The notes under the pieces are model-generated. The model was not told the origin of the DNA. It ran no database searches and saw only the letters and a list, made by a program, of their open reading frames with translations. A program made the position numbers and the translations under genes. Shown here piece after piece: positions 62,431 through 64,000 of a DNA stretch of 64,000 nt. Source of the DNA: Lama glama (Eukaryota); contig CM052832.1 in NCBI GenBank assembly GCA_028534125.1, positions 24,058,001-24,122,000 on the forward strand, in the 5' to 3' direction. The number at the start of each line of letters is the position of its first letter. Within the stretch, counting starts at the first letter, position 1.

Positions 62431-64000
62431 AAAAAGCTGATTGAGTGACATGGTTCTACCATCGAGCCATGGGGTACAAAACTATCAACCCAGGATGTGG
62501 CAGGTGGGCTTTAGAACCTCCCTGGGAGTTCTGAATATTCTCAGAGATTCGGTTGCCTGGAAGAAGGCTGGGGTCAAGATGAGGAAGCCACAAAGGGGAG
62601 GGTCCTAGGCTCAACAAGCAATGGATTTGGAGCTAGAAACAGGTGGGTCCATCAACACAACTGCAGATTCAGGGAAGACCCAGAGAGTGGTCCCGTCAAC
62701 CAAACCAGGAGGAGAAATCCCTTAAGACTGGATAATTCCCCCAAGGAGATATCTTGAAGCTGGGAGGGTTGACAAGCTCACGTGTTTTGTGCCATTAGCA
62801 TAAATGCAGACTACAGAGCAAGATGAGACAACTAATAGAAAGTAAAGTGTGTGGTATGTAAATTCAAAACCGATACATAACCAGTTGAGTCAACAGTGTG
62901 AAATGACTCACTTAAGGTGCCTTCAAAACTGACTAATCTTATACAGTCTGACTTCCTTGGAGATGTCAGCTTCCCTTGATTTCGGGAACTGCACATTTGG
63001 AAACAACTGCTGATCTTGATAATGACTACTCCCTACGGCTCTGAAGGAAGTGAGCTTTGTAAGATGACATTTTTGACTCGGTTCGCAAACAAGAGAATTG
63101 CAATGAGAGCATTAAAATAAATGTATGGTATGTAAGTGTGTTAATTGATTACATGTATTAATGTAACTGGATAGCTCAGAAACTTGCACTGGCCTGAGCA
63201 ATGTCTTCTCCCCTTACACAAGCGCTCCAGGAAGCCAGATCATCATAGGGGAACTGGGGAGTTTGGCATGAGAATTGCATTGGAATGTTTAAAGGCACAG
63301 AGTCTGATAGCTGGATACATCCCTTGCTAGGATGGGGACATAACTCCCAACAGCCTGAGAGCACCTTCTCCCCTAAGTGGTGCTTGGACAGGCATCGCCA
63401 AGGTTACCTCTACAATTTTCCCTCCTCTTTGCATCACAGTCTTTTCACTTTATGCCATTGATTTCTCATCTGCCCAGACAGATGAAGACCCACTGGTCAG
63501 AGCTTGCTGTTTCTTTATATCAAGAGCTTCCTACCAAGCTTAAAATAAGTGCAAATTCTGATGCTTTTTATAATATAAGGACCAAACTCAAGCACCCCTT
63601 CAGCCTTCATGATAGCAAGTCTTGTTACTGAGAAGTCAGCCAGTTGGAAATTCATGGCACCGCAGCCTCTGATGAATGAACATCAGCATTTCCACTTACC
63701 TATCACAAATGTGTCCTTCTCCAAAGGTGAGTAATTCCAGTTTTCACGCCTCGGCTGCTGAGTCTGCAGACTTGCTCCCCTAATCCCACACATGCAGGGT
63801 AAACATGGAGGCAACGTCAGGAAAGTGGGGAGCCTAGGGAATTGTTAGTGCTCCTTCCTTTATTTCACTCCTCTTCTCATAGTTCCCTTCCTGCCACTCC
63901 AAACCCAGCTTCCACACCCCACTACCCCAGCACATATGCACAAATTTCCACTGAGGAAGAAAAACAAACCCTGGGGAACGGGGTGAGACCACAGACTGGG

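Noticed and set aside
63690..63735. Consensus splice donors on both strands (AAG|GTGAGT and reverse AG|GTAAGT)
   Set aside because: No matching acceptor or recognisable coding frame, and isolated donors are common.
1..64000. Identity of a host gene
   Set aside because: I could not recognise any coding exon, so naming a gene would be a guess.

Overview
This is mammalian non-coding DNA, most likely from a camelid (alpaca/camel). The inference rests on a tRNA-Ala-derived Vic-1-like SINE and cetartiodactyl-type L1 3' ends; I saw no Alu, B1, Bov-tA or PRE-1 copies. I recognise no host protein-coding exon. The ORF track is mostly noise plus L1 ORF2 remnants and one retroviral env TM remnant. The window is intronic or intergenic, with L1, L2, MIR, MaLR/ERVL LTRs, hAT MITEs, a 100-N assembly gap and several repeat-poor candidate regulatory islands. 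The standout structure is a triple-nested retroelement. An old L1 3' end is interrupted by a ~5.7 kb non-autonomous class I ERV (20477-26166) with an ATAC target-site duplication (TSD), two LTRs, a PBS-like site, a polypurine tract, and gag-matrix and env-ISD relics but no recognisable pol. Its 5' LTR is in turn interrupted by a younger antisense solo LTR (20890-21478, ATGC TSD). That LTR carries a 23-bp-period CCAAT array, two octamer sites, and intact TATA and polyA signals, and it sits back-to-back with a CpG-rich ERV leader that has a splice donor. Repeat family names are by-eye assignments, and boundaries without a stated TSD are approximate.
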